Assembly: GCA_964016885.1 (NCBI GenBank)
Contig: OZ024740.1
Span: 147,560,001-147,624,000 of the forward strand
Reading direction: 5' to 3'
DNA from: Eledone cirrhosa
Lineage: Eukaryota
Length of the DNA stretch: 64,000 bases
The notes under the pieces: model-generated
The model's database searches: none
What the model saw: the letters and a program-made list of their open reading frames with translations, nothing else
Told to the model about the DNA's origin: nothing
Part shown: one piece after another, positions 12,811 to 24,959 of the stretch
Numbering within the stretch: position 1 is the first letter of the stretch
Layout: every line of letters begins with the position of its first letter
Translations under genes and position numbers: made by a program

Positions 12811-14056
12811 CTAGCTGAGCTACCCGGTGATTCCCGGGTATTGTATTAAAGTTACAATATTTGACCATTGAAATATGATTGCTGAATTTTAACTAAAGTA
12901 GGAATTATAGCAGAATATTTATTGCCATTTGTTTAAAGCAAATCGTGTAGATAAAAATATCATTAGTTTTGTCCAGTGGTGATTTTTTAAATACTGTTCC
13001 CTGTTACAGTCAGCATATATAATGCTTCGCACTTGGAAGAATCATTAGGAATGTTGTCAGTGAAAAGGGCATGACCAAAAAAATAAATTTAGATTTAATT
13101 TATACCTTTTTTTTGGCACAATCAGAACCTCTGAAATTCAAACAAAATGTGAAGGCTATTTTAAAAAGCATAAACAAAAAAAATAGATTTACCATTGAAT
13201 GAATGAAGAATTTACTTCTTTCTATAATTCAGTAAAGTTTATTTAAAAATGTATAAGTGTGGTAAATATATACATATACACCAGGAACCAAACTCCCAGT
13301 CACTGCTTCCATCTCTCCCGATCTCCCCCATCACTCACTATTATGAGCAAATGGAGGCCCACGTGATGGCCGCCCAGCAGCCCAGGCGGTCGTTTGCTTC
13401 ATGTATATATACATACACGAGACAGTAGACTGGGATATATATGTCTCTAACTTAAGTACGGTGATAAACTCACACACACACACTTGTCTCTAATTTAAGA
13501 GCGCCGAGACATACGCGCGCGTACACACACACATGCGCTCACATACACACACAGTCTCATTACGACTTTTGTGAAAGAGAAAGGGAAAGAGAAGTAACGT
13601 TAAGAAAGGAGTTAAGAAGCTTTTAAAAAATAAGTAAGTAAAAGTTAGTTATCGAACTATGCTATCATTTTTCTGTTTTCTTTCTCTCTCTTCCCTAATC
13701 CTCCCTCTCTCTCTTTCTTTGGCTCTCTTTCTCTATCTCTCATCCCCCTCTCTCTCTTATCCCCTCTCTCTCATCCGCTCTCTTTCTCTCTTACCACCTC
13801 TCTCTCACCCCCCTCTCTCTCTTTCTCTACAGAATGAAGAACAAAAAAAAAATAGTTGTTGCCTCGTTTTGGAGGATTGAGTAGTGGGAGGGAGGGTTTA
13901 ATGTCCCCAGGGATTCCATTATTGGAATCCAATTAGCCAGTCCTATTCTTGAATATTAGCTTAACATGTGTGTAAACTTTCATGAGGATCGGATTAATGG
14001 TTTAGACGCCAACTGGTTACACACAGACAGACAGAAATTGCCATTTATATAGTAGA
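12811..14056 (-). mobile_element. Non-autonomous Helitron-like element
   Basis: 5' TCTACTATATAAATGGCAATTTCTGTCTGTCTG; 3' CCCGGGAATCACCGGG hairpin followed by CTAG. Confidence 0.7.
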
Positions 14057-14755
14057 TAATTCTTACGTTACATTCGCAGGTAATGTTTTCAGGCAGGTCA
14101 GAGGCATACTAATATGCGAAAACTATAGCTTGCACCTGGAGATATATATCTATCTTCCTGTGAGTTTGACTATCTAGAGGGGTTAAGGAAACTGAGGAGA
14201 ATAGGTCTAATTAAGCAGTTTGTTGGATGTTGTAAGTATATCGATGCTATATATTTCCATAATTATAGGCATTTTGAGGGTTTACTGCACAAGATCTACC
14301 CGAAGAGTTCAGAGCTGAATAGGAATGGACGTGACGGCTGCAAGATTAATCATTTAGAAGTAGCTATCGAAATAGACGGCGAGGTGATAGTTAGAAAGGT
14401 CTACAATATGACATAGTATTTTAGATTTTCTCTGCGTCGGCCTTGAAGGATGGTTGCATTCTTAGGAAAGGTCAAGATAGGTAAGTCATGACTTCGTTAA
14501 TTTATTTTGCAAATCTCTGAATGGTTGAACAATTTTTCACGCGTGTAGGTTTGTGTATATATTATTTAATCTTAATTATGTTTTGTATTCGTGTGTGTAT
14601 ACATTTATTTTATCTTTTAATGACTCAGAAGTTTATACTCTTAGCGTCACCTTTTGTTATAGTATTTTCTGATATCATATTAATATTTTTCATCCCGCAT
14701 TCATTTTGTTTATTTCTTTAACAGATTGGATATTATTATTTTTATTATTATTAAG

Positions 14756-14941
14756 GGCGGTGGATTGGCAGTATCGGTAGAGGGTCGGACGCCATGCTTT
14801 CTAGCATAGTTACGTCCCTTTACAGTCTGAGTTCAAATCCCGCCGAGGTTAACTTTGCCTTTCATCCTTACGGGGTTGATAAAATAAAGTACCAATAATG
14901 TACTGGGTAATTGCTGGCCTTGTGCCTAAAGTAGAAACAAT
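14756..14941 (+). mobile_element. tRNA-derived SINE, apparently full length
   Basis: GGCGGTGGATTGGCAGTATCGG head, GAGTTCAAATCCCGCC box B, body and A/T-rich tail. Confidence 0.9.
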
Positions 14942-15747
14942 TATTATTTTGGTTTTTATGTTGTGTTGTAGGAACTAGACTTCTGGTTTTTCATTCTTGT
15001 ATTCGTATCACTTATTTCTTCAATGGCTTGGGTATTTTCTTGATTATTATTATTATTTTTTGTATGTTGTGAGAACTAGACTTCCTGATGCGCGACATCA
15101 CGTCATCTAAGTGGATAATTTGAATGTCTAAGGTGGAGAAAGTGGAGCACAGCTTATTACGTAATGGGGTCGTAGTCGCTGCAGATAATAATAGCTTTGG
15201 TTTTATATAGAAACTACGTAATATGACAGCTGCAGCTTGATAACGTCTCTCTTCCCCATTAGGTGGGTATTACGGTCTGGTTGCAAAAGCCGAGTTTGGG
15301 AGAATGGGTGGTAAGCGTTTGATTTGTCAAATTTGGAGCATGAATACGGTTTGTTTGGCAGGAGTCATCAGTAGAGGTTGGCGTTCAGTTTAGTAGACTG
15401 ATTGATACAACAGCGGTTTTATTTTCATATAAATATATATACTAAACGTAGAAATTACTTTTACAGGACTAGAACTGTTTCATTTATTTGAATTCCTGAT
15501 GATTTCCAACAAATGAAGCAGTTCCAGCCTCGTAATAATTGTGTAACTTCTCTACTAATGTGTTCAGTACCTTATTTAACTGTGCTTAATAATCCGTTAT
15601 AACGAAAATCATGAGGCTATAAAAAATTCGTTGTAACCAAAAAATTTTTATAACGAGATTGACCTAACACACCTAGCGTATAGTCGGGGATTGAAAACAA
15701 TTTCGTTATACTGAAAATTTCGTTTTGATGGTATTCGTTATAACGGA

Positions 15748-15888
<141 letters not shown>

Positions 15889-15955
15889 CAACATGTCTGT
15901 TTGAATCAAAAATTAAAACCCCTTCTGGGTTCTGTACTGAACACTCTCTAGACTT

Positions 15956-16000
15956 GTATGCCCTTGAGAAGCCCTGTTCGGGCGAAACGTACGTAGGTGC
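15956..16000 (+). ncRNA. Degenerate minimal hammerhead motif
   Basis: UGCC-CUUGAGA(damaged core)-A-GCCC UGUUC GGGC-GAA-ACGUACGU-A^GGUG. Confidence 0.45.
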
Positions 16001-16050
16001 TTTTGTATAAACATGTTCTAACAGTATGTATTCTCCTTTGTAATCCTTTC

Positions 16051-16131
<81 letters not shown>

Positions 16132-16739
16132 ACAGTTAAATAAGGTACTGAACACAGTATAGTGTAATTTGGAAAAGGAAAACCGAAAATTTGAACGAGC
16201 ACTCAATCCGTCCCATGGATTGAGTCATTTCAGGAACACATGAATCTGATCCTGCTATTTGTATTGAAAGTGTTCAACCAATTTGTGACAGTTCAGTTAT
16301 TTTCCTAATGTATGGCTTATGAATTAGGTCCTCTTTCAAAATTACCTGAAAGAGGGACCCAATGAAACATTTGCACCACAAATGACCGCATATGTATAGT
16401 CGAGGTTTCCTCAACAAAGTTCCGTTACTCTAGTACAGTAGATGTGGATGGAAGATGGAAACACCACTATTCAGATGTGCCACCAGAAAAAAATGCACAA
16501 GCACTTACTCACAGGACCCCGACTGACAGAATATGTTATGAACTGGGTCCCATAAGAAGGAAGGATTTGCTTCTTGAATCTTAGGCTGGAAGACAAGTCT
16601 CTGTATGTAGTGCAAGTTGATGCGCCAAACAGAGAATCCGAATACAGTCATAAAGTCTGTCTGTCTGTTCTGATAGATCATTTTCGAGTTTGAGGGTAAC
16701 ATCCAGGAAATTGACTCGGGTTAGGAACGTCTGTAGCAG

Positions 16740-17860
16740 ACCAGGAGGTGTAACTGCCCTGATAGATCAACGTGCCCCCTCAACAACAGATGCCGAGAAC
16801 GTAACGTGATCTACCAATGCAACGTGAGGACGGAAAACTCCAACAAAGCCTATATAGGATTAACCGCCTGTGATTTTAAGACCCGGCTCTATCAACACCG
16901 ACATACGTTCAGAACCCGGCCCGGAGACATGTCACTACACTTTCGGGCCACATCTGGCACCTCCAAGATAATAGCATCACATACCATCTAAGTTGGAGCT
17001 TACTTTCCAGGGTTAATTCCTACTCGGGAGGACGCCGTCCGTGTAACTTATGCTCGGAGGAAACGATACAAATGCTGTTTACGAAGGACCAACTCCTAAA
17101 CAAAAAAGACGAACTTGTAACTGCATGTAAACACCGATTGCGTAGGACTTACCTCGCCCTCAAACCCCATAATGACCCGGGTGGGTAGACAATGGCTGTA
17201 ACATCCTTCTTTTCCCCAGTTGCCGAACAAGATAGGCGAAACCCCAGCATACATAGGTAGATGTAATACTTTTCTTTTTTTTCCTTTTATTTCTTCTTCT
17301 CACTTCCTTCCACTCTATCTCCTCTTCCTTTTCCTTTTTCCTCTTTCGCTTACCCCGAGGCAGCCCATCCGGTTTTTGTAGCCTTAGTACCCCCACCCCC
17401 GTGAAATCTATATAGCATTGGCTGAAAACACAACACCAGCTAAAAATATAGCAGTTGTTTCCTTTTTCAGGGGGTGCATCGTTATTGATAATATACATTT
17501 ACGAGACGAAGCCCCGGGGTACTGAATTAGATGTATTTTATTAATTCCGGTTTTCTTGTTTTTGACTCTAGTTCTTTAATTTTATAATTTCCCATCTTTC
17601 AGATTCCTGTATAATTCTATTTTCGCTATGCTTTTTAGCTAGCCTACTTTATACACACTCTTTAGAAATAGTTGTATAGAATTCACTCTTAACGCTTTAC
17701 CGGCTTTACCCACCCCCTCTTTATTCTACATGCAAATTATATAGGTAATTATATTGTATTGATTTTTATACTTTTTATACATTAAATTTTGCTCTGGTAC
17801 TCACATAGAGCACTCTTCACTTCTATGACCTTTTCTGTTTCCAACGGAAATTTCAATACC

Positions 17861-17870
<10 letters not shown>
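16740..17870 (+). mobile_element. PLE 3' fragment: GIY-YIG endonuclease plus 3' non-coding region
   Basis: CNC..CPLNNRC..NVIYQC..AYIGLTACDFKTRLYQHRHTF..CNLC..C.H. Confidence 0.85.
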
Positions 17871-17952
<82 letters not shown>

Positions 17953-17957
<5 letters not shown>

Positions 17958-19972
17958 AGGATGAATATAAAATGAAAGTGCTTTTTTTTAAAAAGGAATT
18001 TATTAGGTATTGACATATGTTTCTGTAACAGACTGAATACCTATGTATCGCTGCTTGCGTAATCATATAATGTTAGCAAGTATTCGATAGCAAATGTATA
18101 ATCAGTTGTCACTTCTTCAGAGATTTTGGATAAATTGGATAAAATCAGAAAAATTGAAGTATTTATATTAGTAAAAGAGGAAGAAACAGAGGGGATAGTA
18201 TATGACAGATGGTAAATTAATTTACTGCTAAACAAGTATATAATGGGTTTCTAATGAGAACCTTAAATATGTAAATACGAGTTCTAACCATCCACTCTCT
18301 ATAATTAAATCCATCCCTAGAAATGTTTCTCTTAGAATCTCCCGCCTGTCGTCCAACCAACAAACCTTCAAAGAACATGCCGAATATTATGATGATGCAC
18401 GAAGGAAAGCCGGTCACCTAGATAATATAGAGTATATAGTCAAAGATCACCAAAACACCCAAAATAAATCCCATAGGAGTAGAAATAGCACAGAATCACC
18501 ACCATACACACACTACCGCAATAGACACAATAATAGTCGCACACCACCAAACAGAAGGCGATGTAAAGAGTATATTTGGTACAATCCGGTCTATAACAAC
18601 TCTATTAAAACCAATCTACCCTCACAATTCTTTCGATTAGTTAAAAAACACTTTCCAACATCACATAAATATAATAAAATCTTAAACCCTAACAGTATTC
18701 GACTTTCATATTCAACCGCCCCTAATATTGAACAACATATAAAAAAGCTTAACGCAAAACGGTTGTATAAACGCCTTCCAACACATAACAATACACGTAA
18801 AACATTAGCTATAACATCACAAAACAACAAACAACATCCTGTCCTACATAAGCAACCACATCAACCCATCCATGGCAATACAACAACGCAAAATTATAAT
18901 TGCAACTGTGTCCAACCAGGAATGTGTCCGTTGAACAATCAGTGTCTTGAACGCAACATCGTATACAAATGTACTATCGAATCGGATAGACAGAAGTGGT
19001 ACTATGTGGGATCTACAGCCACCTCCTTCAAATCACGCCTTTATAGACATCGTTACTCGATAAAACATGAAAACCAGCGTTATGTAACAACACTCGCAGA
19101 CAAGGCTTGGCAGCTGCGTGAAAATAACCAACAATTTCACCTAAAATGGGATATAATAGCGGCTGCCCCCCATAGTCCCATGGACAGGAATTTTGTAAAT
19201 TATGTAATGTAGAATTATTTTGTATTATGAAATCCAAAAACATTTTATTAAATAACAGAATAGAGCGATCGTTATACTGTAACCATCGCTTAAAATCTAC
19301 ATTTTCATATTATAAATACTACCAGGATTGAACGCCTGTCTCTATCCCCGTTTGATTGTCAAAATAGATATTAACATTCTTTATTAGTCTTAATTCTATC
19401 AACTCTTCTATTATTTACCTTTTAATACAAACTGCTATAGATAAAGTGAGATTTCTGATTTCTTGATTCAATTCCCTAATGCATATACCAGCTGGCTACT
19501 AGCATTGATGTTATTTAGTAGCAATCGAAATCTCCCCCTTCCCCAATTGACACTTTATAATTAATACTACTGCACCAAATGACCAGCCCTGTCCACTGTC
19601 CAGTTGGTCAAGTAGAGATTAAAATTGGCACTCCCAAAATTCTTATTTAGATTTACTCATGGTATTCTCATTAGAAACCCATTATATACTTGTTTAGCAG
19701 TAAATTAATTTACTATCTGTCATATACTATCCCCTCTGTTTCTTCCTCTTTTACTAATATAAATACTTCAATTTTTCTGATTTTATCCAATTTATCCAAA
19801 ATCTCTGAAGAAGTGACAACTGATTATACATTTGCTATCGAATACTTGCTAACATTATATGATTACGCAAGCAGCGATACATAGGTATTCAGTCTGTTAC
19901 AGAAACATATGTCAATACCTAATAAATTCCTTTTTTAAAAAAAGCACTTTCATTTTATATTCATCCTTTCTA
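17953..19972 (+). mobile_element. 5'-truncated PLE (RT C-terminus plus GIY-YIG, ~18550-19330) bracketed by near-identical 308-bp inverted pLTRs (17953-18260 / 19665-19972)
   Basis: WYNP..IRLSYS..CNC..CPLNNQCLERNIVYKC..YYVGST..FKSRLYRH. The arms mirror each other and (TA)n lies on both sides. Confidence 0.9.
19790..19928 (+). ncRNA. Hammerhead motif with 90-nt stem II domain in the pLTR (mirror copy on minus strand at about 17997-18135)
   Basis: CUGAAGA-A-GUGACA..[90 nt]..UGUUAC-A-GAA-ACAUAUGU-C^. Proximal stem I pairing is weak. Confidence 0.55.
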
Positions 19973-20074
19973 CATTTTCTCCGGAATATAATTTATACTC
20001 GTTGAGCAAACCTGCACATACGCTGTTCATCTCTAACGTAACGATATATTATCACTACATTATTGATAACCTGA

Positions 20075-20192
<118 letters not shown>

Positions 20193-20277
20193 TGTATGTA
20201 TGAATGTGGTGGTTTTGATTAAATATTGTAAAGCTCATGACAGATTATGTGTTGCACATTGATACTGGGAGATGTAG

Positions 20278-20335
<58 letters not shown>

Positions 20336-20370
20336 GATATTAAACAAATGGAAACTATATTTATAAAACC

Positions 20371-20447
20371 ATATTTATTTCATTATACATATTTCAGGGA
20401 TACCATATTAAAAATATGGCATGCCTTCTTCAGATAAAATACAATAT
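20371..20447 (-). ncRNA. Type I hammerhead motif within inverted repeat 20332-20418 / 20538-20626
   Basis: UAUUUUAU-CUGAAGA-AGGCAUGCCAUAUU UUU AAUAUGGUAUCCCU-GAA-AUAUGUAU-A^AUGAAAUA. Confidence 0.7.
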
Positions 20448-21035
20448 ATAAGCAGTTTTATAAATAAATTTGACGTACCATAAATATTGATCAACTTTTA
20501 TGTAAGAAGTTGGTTTGGTAGTGTATATTTTTGGTAGTATATTTTTAATATGGTATCCCTGAAATATGTATAATGAAATAAATATGGTTTTATAAATATA
20601 GTTTCCATTTGTTTAATATCGTATATCTACTCCAAAACTTGTTGAGTGCTTTATATCAGTTATAAAATATTTACTTGTTGTAACCCAACAATTTTAAATA
20701 AAACTTTTGCATATATATATATATATATATATATACATTTCTTCCTTCATAGATTTTATGTTCTAATTATACGGATTCGCTCTTGGATATATATCTTGAT
20801 ATTTATGGATCCTAGTGTCTACCCCAATAATAGCATTACCAGCATATTTATTTGTCTATTTCGCATTTTCCTATTTCGCAACCTTTTTATATTATTCCAA
20901 TAGGAGAGGAAATTGTATATCAATGTGTATATATGTGTCTTTGTGTTCATATGCATGAACACATACATATATATAAATATACACATGTATATACAAGTAT
21001 TCATATATCTATTTCTCCCTCCACTCGTACCCCCC

Positions 21036-21097
<62 letters not shown>

Positions 21098-21363
21098 ATG
21101 CGTGAGTGTGTTGCATGTGTTAGTTACTCTGCGTATGTTTGTGAGAATATAAAAGTGACAAAACGAATGAATCTGGAATTGGCAATCACCGTCAAACATT
21201 GACTTCAAACAGTGTGACTGTCTAACTTTTATCACCCAATTTGAGAAATTATAGCCTCAGTACAACTATAAAATGAAATAAACAGCATATATTGTATATT
21301 TCTTCTCGTAACCACATGCTTCTTGTATCGTATACCAGCTGGGTTTAGATTTTGATATACGAG

Positions 21364-21450
<87 letters not shown>

Positions 21451-21452
<2 letters not shown>

Positions 21453-21981
21453 TATATCATAAAACATGTCTATAGAATCACCAGATAAAATATATACCAT
21501 TTCCTCTCCCAATTAGCATAATTAACCATATAAAAAATCGAATAGACCAGGCTATAAGAATAAGGCTTCTATGAAGGAATCTCCAACAATTAACCGAAAC
21601 CAGCCTTTCGCGCCCTCTGCCACGGAATATTTATCGAATATTTCGACAGCGTAATCGCCCAGATATACAGTCAATTAAACAGAATTAGGTGTAAAATAAA
21701 CTAGGAGTAAATGTATTCTCTTTTCTCCTAGTTTATTTTACACCTAATTCTGTTTAATTGACTGTATATCTGGGCGATTACGCTGTCGAAATATTCGATA
21801 AATATTCCGTGGCAGAGGGCGCGAAAGGCTGGTTTCGGTTAATTGTTGGAGATTCCTTCATAGAAGCCTTATTCTTATAGCCTGGTCTATTCGATTTTTT
21901 ATATGGTTAATTATGCTAATTGGGAGAGGAAATGGTATATATTTTATCTGGTGATTCTATAGACATGTTTTATGATATATA
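21451..21981. repeat. Long fold-back palindrome (257-bp arms, 17-nt loop) abutting (TA)n
   Basis: 21451-21707 mirrors 21725-21981. Each arm carries a damaged hammerhead (AAGGCU..CUAUGA..CCGAAAC..AGCCUU, 21562-21607). Confidence 0.92.
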
Positions 21982-22044
21982 GCTCTGATTATTTAATTTA
22001 TTAACCTTAACATTGAGCCACAAAGTGACTCGTTGCAAAACACG

Positions 22045-22123
<79 letters not shown>

Positions 22124-22125
22124 AG

Positions 22126-22163
<38 letters not shown>

Positions 22164-22194
22164 CTTTATATGTATATATATATATATATATATA

Positions 22195-22818
22195 ACATGA
22201 GAAGAAAGAAGAATACTGCGTGGTTGCACATGGGTTACATATGATAAAAATAGTCCTTCGTCAGTGATTTTCCAACCATCATTGGTATTTCATCGCATTA
22301 AAAATCATATACCTCAGGTTGGTGCGAGCAATAACTAAAAAAAGTTATTGGGACCAGTAAATCGCGTAAAGCGAGGGGGACAAGTAAACAACATAGAAGG
22401 ATAAAAGCAAACCAAAGATAGGAAAATAAACAAGCAACATGGTTGTCCGGTCAGCATAAGCTGGGTGGATTTCATGAACGAGAGAGGTACAGACCGTCCG
22501 ACGTGAGTGAGATGTAAGCAAGAAGAGATCCACTACAAGCCAAACAGGAGGAAGTGAGAAGGGGAGAAACAGAGAGTGAGTGAGTGGAAGTGCGAGGAAG
22601 AGGTCAGTCGAGAGAAAGTGTAACTGACAGAGGGGGTGAGAGAAACAGAGAGAGCGGGGAAGCAGTAAGAGAGAAACAGACAAACGCAGCCGAGCTAAAT
22701 ATATATAAAAAACACGAGAAGAAAGAATACTGCGTGGTTGCACATGGGTTACATATGATAAAAATAGTCCTTCGTCAGTGATTTTCCAGCAATCATTGGT
22801 ATTTCATCGCATTAAAAA
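22195..22818 (-). mobile_element. Non-coding partial-tandem repeat (~110-bp direct repeats, 514-bp period) in (TA)n; second family member at about 31530-31845 (+)
   Basis: 22195-22304 matches 22712-22818. The reverse complement aligns with 31530-31845. Confidence 0.75.
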
Positions 22819-22822
22819 AATA

Positions 22823-22853
<31 letters not shown>

Positions 22854-22891
22854 TATAGAAAGATTTGAATGGATACAGTTTAGTTGAAAGG

Positions 22892-23018
22892 AATTTATTG
22901 ACACGTGTTTCTATAACAGTTACATAACCTAAAACAGCTGCTATCTACAAACTTTTAGTTATGCAGACATTCAATATTTCAATGTTATTATTTACTGTCA
23001 TTTCATCAGAATAATATT
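22892..23018 (-). ncRNA. Type I hammerhead motif with 91-nt stem II domain
   Basis: AAUAUUAUU-CUGAUGA-A-AUGACAGU..ACUGUUAU-A-GAA-ACACGUGU-C^AAUAAAUU. Flank resembles the 18.0/19.9 kb pLTR. Confidence 0.75.
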
Positions 23019-23570
23019 ACTGAGGACCTATTTAGTTTTTATAGAGAATATTAGGAGGGAGGGGTGAAGTCGTTAGAAGAATAGTTGAAGGAGTGGTTTT
23101 TCGATAGCAGTGAGAATTCTTGGTGGCAGTGAGTAATTAGATTCCCATCTGTTGTTTTGACATTTTTTATAGAATATATTATTGGTTATTTTTCTAAATC
23201 TATGGAAGGATTAGAGATAGTAAAGATATGCGTGGTTGGTTTTGTGTTTGCACTTAATTAACATTCAGACTTAAATTTTTCTTTCAAGTGTACGTATCCT
23301 TTCACCCACGCATTCACACACAAATATATTTGCACACCTCTACAAAATACATATACTCACAATTCACATATTCATACTTACATATATATACACATGCATA
23401 CACATATATATACACACATGTATTCATGTACATACATACGCGCTCATGTGTATACATTTTCATACTCAACTTATCTTTATATACACACGTATAGACACAC
23501 ACATATATACATACATACTCTAGTCCATGTGTACACACATACACATACATACACATCTATATACACATAT

Positions 23571-23651
<81 letters not shown>

Positions 23652-24073
23652 CACTTTAATACATGAATACACTTACATCTAACTATACACATCAAACATA
23701 TATATATATTTACTTATTTATATACATTTTCACATATATATACATACTTATGGACGTTTTTAGACACATTCATTATCGCATATTTGTACCTATTCTCATC
23801 AGCATATCTTTCCATTATTAGTGTGGTAATTTAAGGTTATTAATATATGTTGAGAAGAGATTGTTTTTATATTTTTCTAACTAGATTAAGGTTTATATAG
23901 TTGGGGGATGTCCCTCTTTTATGTAATATTCGGCTTGTAGTGGGAAAAAAGGGTTTTAGTTCTGTGACGGCAGAATAATGTTCGTTCAATTCTGTTATTC
24001 AGCAGTTTCTTCTTGTGTGTGATTATGTAATAAATCTCAAGATTACACAATTTGCAGAAATTTTGGCTCCTGG

Positions 24074-24117
<44 letters not shown>

Positions 24118-24119
24118 GA

Positions 24120-24195
24120 AAATAAAATTAGAATTATATATCTCGCTCTAGTACAGCTGGTACATAAATGTAGATATTTACACGTACCTACACAC

Positions 24196-24280
<85 letters not shown>

Positions 24281-24296
24281 TATACATATATATACA

Positions 24297-24337
<41 letters not shown>

Positions 24338-24860
24338 GTACGTATGGGTTATATCGAACATTAATAATAATGTTCGATTCGTTTGTAAACATATCGGGCC
24401 GTTTGTTTACAAACGAATCGAAGATTATTATTAATGTTCGATATAACCCATACATACATATGTGTATGGATATATGTGTGTATGTATATATATGTGTGTG
24501 TGTGTGTACGTGTGCATACTTACATTTATGTATTAACTGTGCTAGGACGAAAAATTAAATTCTAATTTTATTTTTAATATTCGGCAAGGTAAGCCGTAAT
24601 TCGCTCGGTATGCAAATGAGGTTACTCAGCCGATGTGTACTTAAGAAAATGCTATATATTGTCAACCGTTCAACTGACTGGCAGAGGTATACAGTCCTGG
24701 TGAAGGGTAATGACCCAGAAACATGTTGATTGTTCCTCAAAGCCAGTATTGAACAAACAGGTGACGATCTGTCACCGGCAAGGCACAACTTCAAATCGTT
24801 TGTTTACAAACGGATCGAACATTATTATTAATGTTTGATATAACCCATACGTACATATGT
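24120..24860 (+). mobile_element. Retrozyme-like non-coding element, copy A (397-bp period plus inverted segments)
   Basis: Direct repeat 24401/24798, hairpin 24338-24460, inverted 24120-24200 vs 24500-24575, octamer ATGCAAAT at 24610. Confidence 0.7.
24691..24733 (+). ncRNA. Hammerhead motif of copy A (core CUGGUGA)
   Basis: ACAGUC-CUGGUGA-A-GGGU AAUG ACCC-A-GAA-ACAUGU-U^GAUUGU, with outer helix ACUGGC/GCCAGU. Confidence 0.6.
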
Positions 24861-24877
24861 ATATGTATATGTGTGTG

Positions 24878-24942
<65 letters not shown>

Positions 24943-24959
24943 ACTTAAATATATATATA

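Larger units (their letters stand above)
11150..14480 (+). mobile_element. Decayed PLE reverse transcriptase, interrupted by two Helitron-like inserts
   Basis: IPKLHK..YRSI and YDISNLYT (12353-12766). After the second insert: TFAGNVFRQVRGI and KYID (decayed YxDD) near 14070-14250. Confidence 0.7.

Noticed and set aside
14756-14845. tRNA gene
   Set aside because: Box A and box B are present but there is no cloverleaf, and it continues into the SINE body.
15462-15535. Hammerhead at CTGATGA near 15496
   Set aside because: Followed by GAAG rather than GAAA with poorly paired stems; at best a decayed remnant and not counted.
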